Assembly: GCA_020848075.1 (NCBI GenBank)
Contig: JADLAV010000031.1
Span: 90,840 to 154,839 of the forward strand
Direction of reading: 5' to 3'
Origin: Burkholderiales bacterium
GTDB lineage: Bacteria > Pseudomonadota > Gammaproteobacteria > Burkholderiales > SG8-39
Length of the DNA: 64,000 nt
In this document: positions 17,850-26,375 of the stretch, one piece after another
Position numbering within the stretch: position 1 is the stretch's first letter
Layout: the number at the start of each line of letters is the position of its first letter
The notes under the pieces: generated by a model
Databases searched by the model: none
Seen by the model: only the letters and a program-made list of their open reading frames with translations
Told to the model about the DNA's origin: nothing
Position numbers and translations under genes: made by a program

Positions 17850-18299
17850 ATGTACAAGCGCATCCTGGTGCCGATCGACGGCAGCAGCACGGCGAACCTC
17901 GGGTTGAAGGAAGCGCTGCGGCTCGCGAAGCAGCAAGGCGCCGCCGTCTGCCTCTTTCACACGGTCGACGAATCCTTCATCACTGCCGCGGGAGAAGGCA
18001 TGGTGTTCACCGATGAGATGTTCAAGGCGCTGCGCGACGCCGGCCGGAAGATCCTGGCGCGCGCGGAGGCCCTCGCGCGGAAGCACGGGGTGCAGGCGCG
18101 ATCGGTGCTCACCGAAACGCTCGCGGGCTCGGCGGCCGATGCGATCATTCGCGAGGCGAAGCGCTGCAAGGCGGACCTGATCGTGATGGGCACGCACGGA
18201 CGCCGCGGCGTCAGGCGCCTGGTCATGGGAAGCGATGCCGAGCAGGTGCTGCGCAAGACGCCCGTTCCCGTGCTCCTGGTACGCGGCGCGCGGCGCTGA
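17850..18299 (+). CDS. Universal stress protein (UspA family)
   Basis: 149 aa. ILVPIDGS... and the C-terminal ATP-binding motif GTHGRRGVRRLVMGSDAEQVLRKTPVPVLLV. Confidence 0.88.
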   Translation: MYKRILVPIDGSSTANLGLKEALRLAKQQGAAVCLFHTVDESFITAAGEGMVFTDEMFKALRDAGRKILARAEALARKHGVQARSVLTETLAGSAADAIIREAKRCKADLIVMGTHGRRGVRRLVMGSDAEQVLRKTPVPVLLVRGARR

Positions 18300-18348
18300 G
18301 CGGGCGGCAGTCGGGCGGGTCCCGGCGGCCGACCTGCGGTCGCCGAGG

Positions 18349-19422
18349 TCAGCTCACGACCAGCCTCGCTGCCGCGCCGGCCGCCGCGATGCTCCCCACG
18401 GCCGCCGCACCGTCGAACCCGTGCCGCTGGAACACCGCCAGCACCGCGTCGACCGAACCCGCCTCGCATGCGACGAGCAACCCTCCGCTGGTCTGCGGAT
18501 CGGTCAGCAGCGCCTGGTCCTCGGCGGCGAATGCGCGCGGCAGCACGACCTCGCTGCCATAGCCGGCCCAGTTGCGGCCCGACGCGCCGGTGACGAATCC
18601 GCGGCCGGCGAGCGCGCGCGCCCCGGGCAGCAGCGGCACCCGCCGCCACTCGATTCGCACCTCGCAGCGTGCGCCGCGCGCCATCCCGAGCGCGTGGCCG
18701 GCGAGGCCGAAGCCGGTGACGTCGGTCAGCGCGTGCACTCCCGGCAGCGCCGCCAGCTCGGGGCCGGGGGTGTTGAGCCGGGTCGTGGTTGCGATCATCC
18801 GTTCGTAGCCGGCAGCGTCGAGCTCGTCTTTCTTGAGCGCCGCCGACAGCACGCCGATGCCGAGCGGCTTGCCGAGCACCAGCACGTCGCCAGGCCGCGC
18901 GTCGGCGTTGCGCTTGACGTGATCGGGGTGCATGAGGCCGAGCGCGACCAGGCCGTAGATCGCCTCGACCGAGTCGATCGTGTGGCCGCCGGCGATCGGG
19001 ATACCGGCCGTGCGGCACACCGAGGCGCCGCCTTCGAGGATGCGGCGGATGGTCTGTGTCGACAGCACGTTGACGGGCATGCCCACGAGCGCGAGCGCGA
19101 GGATCGGCTTGCCGCCCATCGCGTAGACGTCGCTCAGCGCATTGGTCGCGGCGATACGGCCGAAGTCGAACGGATCGTCCACGATCGGCATGAAGAAGTC
19201 CGTGGTCGCGACGATCGCCTGCTCGTCGTTCAGCCGGTAGACCGCGGCGTCGTCGGCGGTCTCGATCCCGACCAGCAGGTCCTCGGGCACCGGGATCGCC
19301 GCCGTGCCCTTCAGGATCTCCGAGAGCGTGCCGGGGGCGATCTTGCAGCCGCAGCCGCCGCCGTGCGAGAGCGTCGTCAGCCGGGGTTCAGGCGGGAGTT
19401 CGGGGGTGTTCATCGCTTGCAT
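18349..19422 (-). CDS. selD: Selenide, water dikinase (selenophosphate synthetase), Cys form
   Basis: 357 aa. N-terminal SHGGGCGCKI motif. The second Met (19413) would give an ATGA overlap with the upstream glycosyltransferase stop. Confidence 0.9.
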   Translation of the reverse strand: MQAMNTPELPPEPRLTTLSHGGGCGCKIAPGTLSEILKGTAAIPVPEDLLVGIETADDAAVYRLNDEQAIVATTDFFMPIVDDPFDFGRIAATNALSDVYAMGGKPILALALVGMPVNVLSTQTIRRILEGGASVCRTAGIPIAGGHTIDSVEAIYGLVALGLMHPDHVKRNADARPGDVLVLGKPLGIGVLSAALKKDELDAAGYERMIATTTRLNTPGPELAALPGVHALTDVTGFGLAGHALGMARGARCEVRIEWRRVPLLPGARALAGRGFVTGASGRNWAGYGSEVVLPRAFAAEDQALLTDPQTSGGLLVACEAGSVDAVLAVFQRHGFDGAAAVGSIAAAGAAARLVVS

Positions 19423-20390
19423 CCTTGTCGGTCACCTGCGAGCAGGCCGGCCACCAGGCGCCGCAGCGCCGAGCGCTCGGCCTCGGGCGCGAAGAGCGGC
19501 GCACGCGGCGCCAGCCGCTGCTGCAAACTCGTAAGCATAGCCGGCTCGGCGCGGGCGCGTTCGAGCAGGCTCGCGAGCGCCGCGTCGTCGCCGACCTCGA
19601 AGACGCCCGGGTAGTCACTGCCGAGCAGCCCGAGGTTGCCTTCGATCCGTGACGCGAGCACCGGCGTGCCGCTGCGGATCGCTTCGATCACCACGTGCGC
19701 GCCACCTTCCATCCGGCTCGGGTGGACGAGCAGATGCGCGGCCTGGATCCGGCGCCGGGTCGCCGCGTGCGGGAGCGCGCCGAGCCAGCGATAGTTCGCC
19801 TGGGCGGCGGCGAGCGCGGCAGCCTCGGCGCCGAGCGCCGGGTCGAGCGCCGCGCCGATGTGGTCGAGGGCGATGCCGGTGCGGCCAGCCAGGCGCCGCG
19901 CAGCGCGAAAGTAGGTGCGCGGATCCTTCTCCTCGCGCAGGTGCCCGACCATCAGGGCACGCAGGTGCCGCTTCGTCTTCGTGTGCGGCCGCCGCGCCGT
20001 GCACGACTGCAGGATCACGCGGCACTTTCCGCGCATCGGCTCGGGCAATCGCCGTGCGCCCAGCTCATTCAGCACGACCAAGGCATCGGCGGCGGCCAGC
20101 GAATGCTGCGCGCTCGCGTCGGTGTCGATGTCGCGGTAGAGATCGGTCCCGGTCAGCGCCAGCAACAGCGGCCGATCCGGATGCGTGGCGCGCCATGCGG
20201 CGACCGACGCCGCCGAGCGGCGTGCGTGCAGCGCGATCATCAGCGCCTCGTCGCCGCGGCTCCAGTGCGCCGCAAGGCGAACGTCGTAGGCGCCGTGTAG
20301 CATCCGTGCCCAGCGGCGCGCGGTCTGCCAGTTCCCGTTGTTCGCGTCGGCGAGCGCCGGCGTCACGATGACGAGGATTTTGCGGTGCAC
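19410..20390 (-). CDS. senB: selD-linked GT-B glycosyltransferase (TIGR04348 / SenB selenosugar-synthase-like)
   Basis: 326 aa. N-terminus ILVIVTPALADANNGNWQTARRWARML, C-terminal GT4-type HPSRMEGGAHVVIEAIRSGTPVL. It overlaps selD. The family call rests on memory of the family plus the selD linkage, not on a search. Confidence 0.6.
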   Translation of the reverse strand: MHRKILVIVTPALADANNGNWQTARRWARMLHGAYDVRLAAHWSRGDEALMIALHARRSAASVAAWRATHPDRPLLLALTGTDLYRDIDTDASAQHSLAAADALVVLNELGARRLPEPMRGKCRVILQSCTARRPHTKTKRHLRALMVGHLREEKDPRTYFRAARRLAGRTGIALDHIGAALDPALGAEAAALAAAQANYRWLGALPHAATRRRIQAAHLLVHPSRMEGGAHVVIEAIRSGTPVLASRIEGNLGLLGSDYPGVFEVGDDAALASLLERARAEPAMLTSLQQRLAPRAPLFAPEAERSALRRLVAGLLAGDRQGCKR

Positions 20391-20582
20391 GGTCCAAATC
20401 TAACATCGCATAGAGAGCGAGACCTTGGGTCCTTATCGTCGATTCGCTTTACAGTTTCCAGTCCGTTCTGGACCCGCACTTCTAGCAACTCTTTGAATCG
20501 CTTTGTCTAACCTGACAAGGCGCGTTTCTTGCATACCCTGGATCGAATGCGTGTTCCGCTCCACCCATAAGGGGAGGTCTAC

Positions 20583-21338
20583 ATGGTCCGACTCGTGGCT
20601 CTTGCCGTTGCCTTCGGCGTAGCGGCTGCCGCCATGCCCGCGGCGGCGGTGCCGTACTACTACGTCGATTGGACTGCCGCAAACCCATCGGCCGGTACCG
20701 CCTCCGGGACCATTACGCTTCCCGATTCGTCGGTCGTGAACGTGGGCTTCTCCGTAACGAAGCCGACGGGCGGACCGGGGACGTTCTTCTTCGGTCAGAC
20801 CGGCACCGGAACCAACTACTGGAACCCAACGGCGCCATATATCAGCCCGCAGGTGGACAACGCGCCGCCCGCAGCAGAGATGCTGGCCCTGGTCGGCGGC
20901 ACCGGCGGTGACGTCTACACGATCACTCTGTCGGAACCGATCAAGGATCCGATCATGGCGATCGTCAGCCTCGGCAATTCGGGCACGGCTATCACCTACG
21001 ACTTCGACCGGCCGTTCACGATCGTGAGCCAGGGTACGGGATACTGGGGTGGCACTTCCGCAGCCACTTGCGCCGCGACCCCGTCGACCTGTTCCCTGAA
21101 GGAACTTGCCGGCGATGTACTGCAAGGCCAGGAAGGCCACGGAACGATCCAGTTCATCGGCACGTTCTCGACCTTCTCCTGGACCGCGCCGACCTACGAG
21201 AACTGGCACGGCTTCAACTTCGGGATCCGCACGACCGAGGCGCTCGAGCCCGGACCGAGCGTGCCGGAACCGGGCACGCTCGCCCTCCTCGGCCTCGCTC
21301 TCGCCGGCCTCGGTTTCTCTTGCCGCAAGCTGCGCTGA
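20583..21338 (+). CDS. PEP-CTERM sorting-domain secreted protein
   Basis: 251 aa. Signal peptide MVRLVALAVAFGVAAAAMPAAA; C-terminus VPEPGTLALLGLALAGLGFSCRKLR. RBS aaggggagg. Confidence 0.85.
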   Translation: MVRLVALAVAFGVAAAAMPAAAVPYYYVDWTAANPSAGTASGTITLPDSSVVNVGFSVTKPTGGPGTFFFGQTGTGTNYWNPTAPYISPQVDNAPPAAEMLALVGGTGGDVYTITLSEPIKDPIMAIVSLGNSGTAITYDFDRPFTIVSQGTGYWGGTSAATCAATPSTCSLKELAGDVLQGQEGHGTIQFIGTFSTFSWTAPTYENWHGFNFGIRTTEALEPGPSVPEPGTLALLGLALAGLGFSCRKLR

Positions 21339-21445
21339 GCGGGGAACAGCTCAACGGGACCCCGCCCGCGCAGCGGGTTCCCGCGGACCCTGCCTCCGAG
21401 CGTTGTTCTTGAGGGGCGGGAATTGCGGACGTATGCAGAGCTCCC

Positions 21446-22084
21446 CTATGCCGCGTCCGGTTGCCTGGCCGGCTGCGCCGCGTCGAAGGCAGGGAGCAGC
21501 ATGCACGCGTCGAAGATGCGCATCGCCGCCGGATACGGCACGAGGTCGCAGTCGTAGCGCTTCGCGTTGAAGACCTGCGGCACGAGGCAACAGTCAGCAA
21601 GCGTGACCTGGTCGCCGAGACAGTAGCGGCCGTGCCGGCGCTCGCTGCCGAGGAAACCCTCGATCACCTCGAAGCCCGCGGCGATCCAGTGGCGGTACCA
21701 CGCGTTCACCCCCGACTCGTCCAACCCGTACGCCTTGCGGATGTGCTTCAGGGTGCGCAGGTTGTTGAGCGGATGGATCTCGCAGGCGACGACGCCGCAC
21801 AGGGCCCGGACGTACGCACGGTCCAGCGGATCGGAGGGCAGCAGCGGGGGCTCCGGATAGCGCTCCTCAAGGTACTCGAGGATCGCGAGCGACTGGACGA
21901 TCCGATGGTCGCGGTCGACGAGCGTCGGCACGAGCCCCTGCGGGTTCACCGCGCGGTACGCATCCGCCCGGTGCTCGCCCTTGGGAAGATCGATCGACAC
22001 GGGCTCGTAGCCGAGCCCCTTGTAGTTGAGCGCGATCCGCACGCGAAACGAGGCGGACGAGCGAAAGTACGTGTAGAGCTGCAT
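21446..22084 (-). CDS. maiA: Maleylacetoacetate isomerase (zeta-class GST)
   Basis: 212 aa. MQLYTYFRSSASFRVRIALNYKG...NPQGLVPTL is typical of GST zeta. Confidence 0.85.
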   Translation of the reverse strand: MQLYTYFRSSASFRVRIALNYKGLGYEPVSIDLPKGEHRADAYRAVNPQGLVPTLVDRDHRIVQSLAILEYLEERYPEPPLLPSDPLDRAYVRALCGVVACEIHPLNNLRTLKHIRKAYGLDESGVNAWYRHWIAAGFEVIEGFLGSERRHGRYCLGDQVTLADCCLVPQVFNAKRYDCDLVPYPAAMRIFDACMLLPAFDAAQPARQPDAA

Positions 22085-22263
22085 GAGCGCCTCCTGCCCG
22101 GCAGTCTAGCCGATCCGGCCTTCGCGTTTCACCTCGGTCTTGCGCGGGCGCCCTCGTCTCGGCGCCCTGCGGGATGCACTGTCACACCGCGGCGTCATGT
22201 CAGGCGGCGGGTGCCAGAACCAGAGCGAGGCGCAGATCGCCGAGTCCGACGGCGAGATCCTCG

Positions 22264-23589
22264 TCAAGCGCGGCGGCTGACCGTGGCGGCGGCGTCGCCG
22301 CGCTCGGCGCGCATCACGCGCCGGCGGATGTGCCGCACACCGAGCGCTGCGAGCACCGCCACGACCGGGATCGAGATTCCCATCACGAGGTCCGCGTCGA
22401 GCGCGACACCCGCCGACTTCAAGGCCTTTGCCGCGTACCCGGCCAGGCCGACGACGTAGTAGGTGATCGCAGCGACCGACAGACCCTCGACGGTCTCTTG
22501 CAGCCGCAGCTGCAGCCGCGCGCGGCGATTCATCGAGCTCAGCAGATCCTGGTTCTGCCCTTCGCGCACGATGTCGACGCGCGTGGAGAGCAGGCGGCTC
22601 GCCCGGGCCACCCGCTCGGAGAGCTCGCGCTGGCGCCGGGCGATCGATTCGCAGGTCGCCATCGCCGGCGCCAGGCGCCGCGCCATGAACTCCTCGATCG
22701 TCTGCGTGCCCGGCAGGCGGCGCTCGCGCAGCTCCGCGATCCGGCCGTTGACGAGCTCGTGGTACGCGCGCGCGGCGCCGAACCGGTACTGCGCCGAGAC
22801 CACCGCACGCTCCACCTCGGCGGCGAGCGGGATCAGCCGCTCGAGCAAGGCCGTGTCGCCCGGCCGGCGCACGCCGGGCTTGCTCTCGGCCATCGCCGCG
22901 GTGATCTCGACGAGCGACTGCTCCATCGCGGCGAGCCGCGGCGCGGCCGCCTGCGCCACCGGCAGCGCGAGCAGCGCCATCATCCGGTAGGTCTCGATCT
23001 CGAAGAGCCGCTGCACCATCCTGCCCGCCTGGCGCCGCGACATCTCGCCATCGAACACGAGGAACCGGTTGTGGCCGTCCGCGTGCACGCGGAAGTCGGT
23101 GAAGATCGCGCCGACGCCGTCGCCGATCTCCGCGCCGATGACGTAGTTGCCGCCGAAGATCCGCGCGATCTCGCGCGCCTCGGGCAGCGCCGCGCCCCGC
23201 GGGAGGAGCTCGGCGTGCGCCGCGACCATCGTCTCGCCCGGGATCGACGCGACCCAGTCCGCCGGCGCCGCCGCGATCGCAGTCTCGGCGAAATGCGCCG
23301 GCGAGCGCCCCCGCAGGAAGAACGTGTACCCGGAGTACTCGGTGTGCTGCTCGTACTTGACCCGGTACGCGCCGAAGTCGGCGACGAAGTGGCTCGCCGC
23401 CGGCGGCGGCGGGTGCACGCCGCCGCGCTCGCACAGGCGCACGAGGTGCGCATGCTCGGCGGTGCGCGCCGCGGACAACAGCACGGCGACGAACGAAACC
23501 CGCTCGGGGGTCTCGAGCACGTCGTACGGCCGTGCGTGGACCTCGTTCGCGAGGACGTAGCGCTGCGGGTGATCGGGCGGCAGGGACAT
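22264..23589 (-). CDS. DUF3422 family membrane-anchored protein
   Basis: Met 30 of ORF 22264..23676 (441 aa). HPQRYVLANEVHARP start; two C-terminal TM helices (VAAITYYVVGLAGY, ISIPVVAVLAALGV). Confidence 0.7.
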   Translation of the reverse strand: MSLPPDHPQRYVLANEVHARPYDVLETPERVSFVAVLLSAARTAEHAHLVRLCERGGVHPPPPAASHFVADFGAYRVKYEQHTEYSGYTFFLRGRSPAHFAETAIAAAPADWVASIPGETMVAAHAELLPRGAALPEAREIARIFGGNYVIGAEIGDGVGAIFTDFRVHADGHNRFLVFDGEMSRRQAGRMVQRLFEIETYRMMALLALPVAQAAAPRLAAMEQSLVEITAAMAESKPGVRRPGDTALLERLIPLAAEVERAVVSAQYRFGAARAYHELVNGRIAELRERRLPGTQTIEEFMARRLAPAMATCESIARRQRELSERVARASRLLSTRVDIVREGQNQDLLSSMNRRARLQLRLQETVEGLSVAAITYYVVGLAGYAAKALKSAGVALDADLVMGISIPVVAVLAALGVRHIRRRVMRAERGDAAATVSRRA

Positions 23590-23666
23590 CAATTCTGTCC
23601 GCCGCGCGCGACGCGCTTGCGCTCTTCCTCCCGCAGCCGCAGCGCCCGCCGCTGCACCTTCCCGAG
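23589..23666 (-). pseudogene. Relic duplicated 3' end of the acyl-CoA synthetase gene
   Basis: In its own frame it reads GKVQRRALRLREEERKRVARGGQN-stop, and its TGA overlaps the DUF3422 ATG (TGATG at 23591-23587). It lies downstream of the functional stop at 23725-23727. Confidence 0.6.
23614..23664. repeat. 51-bp perfect direct repeat, copy 1 (partner at 23744..23794, period 130 bp)
   Basis: Base-by-base comparison of the two segments cgcttgcgctcttcctcccgcagccgcagcgcccgccgctgcaccttcccg. Confidence 0.95.
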
Positions 23667-23724
23667 GGTGTGGCACAAGGGGGCACGCCCCCTTGTCGAT
23701 CCCCCAAGTGCGAAGGTCCAGCGG

Positions 23725-25380
23725 CTAGCCATGCTTCGCCCCACGCTTGCGCTCTTCCTCCCGCAGCCGCAGCGCCCGCCGCTGCACCTTCCCGGTGGTG
23801 GTCATCGGCAGCGCGTCGATGAACTCGATCTCCTTCGGATACTCGTACGGCGCGAGCTGGCCGCGCACGTGATCCTGCAGCACCTGCGCGAGCTCCGGCG
23901 AAGGCGCGTGGCCCGGCTGCAGCACGATGAACGCCTTCACGATGTTCGTGCGCTCCGGGTCCGGGCTCCCGACGACCGCGGCGTTCGCGACCGCCGGATG
24001 CTTCACCAGGCAGTTCTCGATCTCCGAGGGACCGATGCGGTAGCCGGCGCTCTTGAAGACGTCGTCGGTCCGGCCCTGGTACCAGAGATACCCGTCCGCG
24101 TCGCGCTTGGCGAGATCGCCGGTGCGCCACCAGTCGCCCGTGAACTTCCTGCGCGTCGCCTCCTCGTTCCGCCAGTAGCCGAGAAAGAAGACGGCATCCG
24201 GATCGCCGTGCGCGTCGGTCCGGCGCACCGCGACCTCGCCGACCTCCCCATCCGGAACCTCGCCGCCGACGTCGTCGATCAGCCCGACGCGATGGCCGGG
24301 ATACGGCCGCCCGATCGATCCGGGCTTCGCCGGCCATAGGGTGTGCGAGTTGCCGACGATGTAGTTGACCTCGGTCTGCCCGAACATCTCGTTGATCGTC
24401 ACCCCGAGGCTCGCGCGCGACCACTCGAACACGGCGTCGCCCACCGATTCCCCGGCGCTCATGACCGAGCGCAGCGGCAGATCGAACCGCGTGCGCGGCT
24501 CAGGCACGGCCTTCATCATCATCTTGAGCGCGGTCGGGAAGAGGAAGCTGTTGCGGATGCCGTACTTCTCGATGAGATGGAACGCCTTCTCGGGATCGAA
24601 CCGCCCGCGATAGCCGAGAATCGGATAGCCGTAGTACATCGTCGGCAGGAGCGCGTCCATCAGCCCGCCGGTCCACGCCCAGTCCGCCGGCGACCAGAAC
24701 ATGTCGCCGGTGCGGGGGAACTCGTCATGCGAGTACGAGAATCCCGGCAGGTTTCCGAGCAGGACGCGATGCGGCTTCAGCGCACCTTTCGGCGGTCCGG
24801 TCGTGCCGCTGGTGTAAACGAGCAGCGCCGGGTCCTCGGCACCGGTGTCGGCCGGCGTGAACCGGCGCGAGGCCTTCTCGAGCAGCCGCTCCCACGGGGC
24901 CGCACCCGCGTCGCGCGCCCCCGCCACGCCGATAACGTGCTTGAGCTCCGGCAGCGACGCGCGCACCGCCGCGAGATTGGGCGCGGATGCGGGATCGACG
25001 AACGCAACGGACGCAGCGCTGTCCTGGAGGCGATACTCGAGCGCGTCGGGGCCGAACAGGATCGACAGCGGCATCGCCACCGCGCCGAGTTGATAGCACG
25101 CGATGTGCGCGACGACCGTCTCGGGGCGCTGCGGGAGGATGATGCCGATGCGGTCGCCGCGCCCGACGCCCAGGCCGGCGAGCGCGTTCGCGAGGCGGTT
25201 CGCCGCCTGCTGGATGTCCCAATAGGTGTACGCGCCGGTGGCGCCGGTCTCGTCCTCCCAGTAGAGGCAGAAGCGACGGCGGTCCACCGCATGGCGCGCG
25301 CAGCAGGCCTGCGCTAGGTTGAAGCGCGCCGGGACCGACCACCGAAACGCGCGGTAGATTTCGTCGTAGCGGTTCTGCAT
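23725..25380 (-). CDS. AMP-forming acyl-CoA synthetase / AMP-binding enzyme
   Basis: Met 106 of ORF 23725..25695 (551 aa), preceded by GGAGGAGGAGGG. AMP-binding motif LLVYTSGTTGPPKG; C-terminal PMTTTGKVQRR. Confidence 0.88.
   Translation of the reverse strand: MQNRYDEIYRAFRWSVPARFNLAQACCARHAVDRRRFCLYWEDETGATGAYTYWDIQQAANRLANALAGLGVGRGDRIGIILPQRPETVVAHIACYQLGAVAMPLSILFGPDALEYRLQDSAASVAFVDPASAPNLAAVRASLPELKHVIGVAGARDAGAAPWERLLEKASRRFTPADTGAEDPALLVYTSGTTGPPKGALKPHRVLLGNLPGFSYSHDEFPRTGDMFWSPADWAWTGGLMDALLPTMYYGYPILGYRGRFDPEKAFHLIEKYGIRNSFLFPTALKMMMKAVPEPRTRFDLPLRSVMSAGESVGDAVFEWSRASLGVTINEMFGQTEVNYIVGNSHTLWPAKPGSIGRPYPGHRVGLIDDVGGEVPDGEVGEVAVRRTDAHGDPDAVFFLGYWRNEEATRRKFTGDWWRTGDLAKRDADGYLWYQGRTDDVFKSAGYRIGPSEIENCLVKHPAVANAAVVGSPDPERTNIVKAFIVLQPGHAPSPELAQVLQDHVRGQLAPYEYPKEIEFIDALPMTTTGKVQRRALRLREEERKRGAKHG
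23744..23794. repeat. 51-bp perfect direct repeat, copy 2 (inside the functional 3' end of the synthetase gene)
   Basis: Identical to 23614..23664. Confidence 0.95.
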
Positions 25381-25678
25381 ACCCTCCTCCTCCGGCAACG
25401 CACTTTTCAAATTAGCACGGAGCCGGCGGGAGGAGAAGACCGCGACGGGAGCGGCGCAGTGCCCGGCCCGCACCTCGCAGCAGGCGAGCGGGCCCGGCCG
25501 AAGTGGCCGGCGGGGCCGCAGCGACACGCGGCCGCCACCCGCACGGCGGGCCTTGCTTCCGGGGCCCGGCTGAGGCAGAGTCTGCGTCGCCGGTTCGTCC
25601 GTCACCTGCCGGCTGCGTCGGTCGAGCTCGAGGCGACGCGAGTCGCGCGCTCGCCGAGGCACTACGGAGCGTCCCATC

Positions 25679-26353
25679 ATGAGCGCCCAGATCAAGGCCC
25701 TGGTTTTCGACGCCTACGGCACCTTGTTCGACGTGCACTCGGTGATCAGGCTTTGCGACGAGCTCTGGCCGGGAAAGGGCAGCGCGCTGTCGCAGCTGTG
25801 GCGCGCAAAGCAGCTCGAGTACAGCTGGCAGCGCAGCCTGATGCAGCGCTACGAGGATTTCACACGCGTCACCGATGCCGGCCTGCGCTATGCCTGTAAA
25901 GCGCTCGGGCTCCCGCTCGACGACGCCCGGCGCGCGCGTCTCATGGATGCGTACCTGCATCTCGAGCCCTATCCCGAAGTGCGGGACGCGCTCGAGCGCC
26001 TCGCCGGGCGCAAGCTCGCGATCCTGTCGAACGGCTCGCCGGCGATGCTCGAGCCGGTCGTCGCGAACGCGGGCCTCGCGCGGACGCTGGACGCCGTGAT
26101 CAGCGTGGATGGCTTGAGAATCTACAAGCCCGATCCGAGGGTCTACGCGCTCGCCGTGGAGAAGCTCGGCGTGCCGACCGGCGCCATTGGCTTCGTGTCG
26201 TCGAATTGCTGGGACGCGCTCGGCGCGAAGTCGTTCGGATTCCGCGTCTTCTGGTGCAACCGCGCCGCCATGCCGGTGGACGAGCTCGGCGTCGCGCCGG
26301 ACCACGAGCTGCGTTCGCTCGCCGAGCTGCCGGCGCTCATCGACGCGGCGTAG
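25679..26353 (+). CDS. Haloacid dehalogenase type II (HAD superfamily)
   Basis: 224 aa. Nucleophile motif VFDAYGTLFDV, LEYSWQRSLM, and YKPDPRVY. Confidence 0.85.
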   Translation: MSAQIKALVFDAYGTLFDVHSVIRLCDELWPGKGSALSQLWRAKQLEYSWQRSLMQRYEDFTRVTDAGLRYACKALGLPLDDARRARLMDAYLHLEPYPEVRDALERLAGRKLAILSNGSPAMLEPVVANAGLARTLDAVISVDGLRIYKPDPRVYALAVEKLGVPTGAIGFVSSNCWDALGAKSFGFRVFWCNRAAMPVDELGVAPDHELRSLAELPALIDAA

Positions 26354-26375
26354 CGGCGCAAGGAGGCATCGCAAG

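Noticed and set aside
20470-20560. Sigma-54 (-24/-12) promoter upstream of the PEP-CTERM gene
   Set aside because: The TGG-N10 candidates (tggacccgcacttct, tggatcgaatgcgtg) lack the GC at -12, so there is no convincing match.
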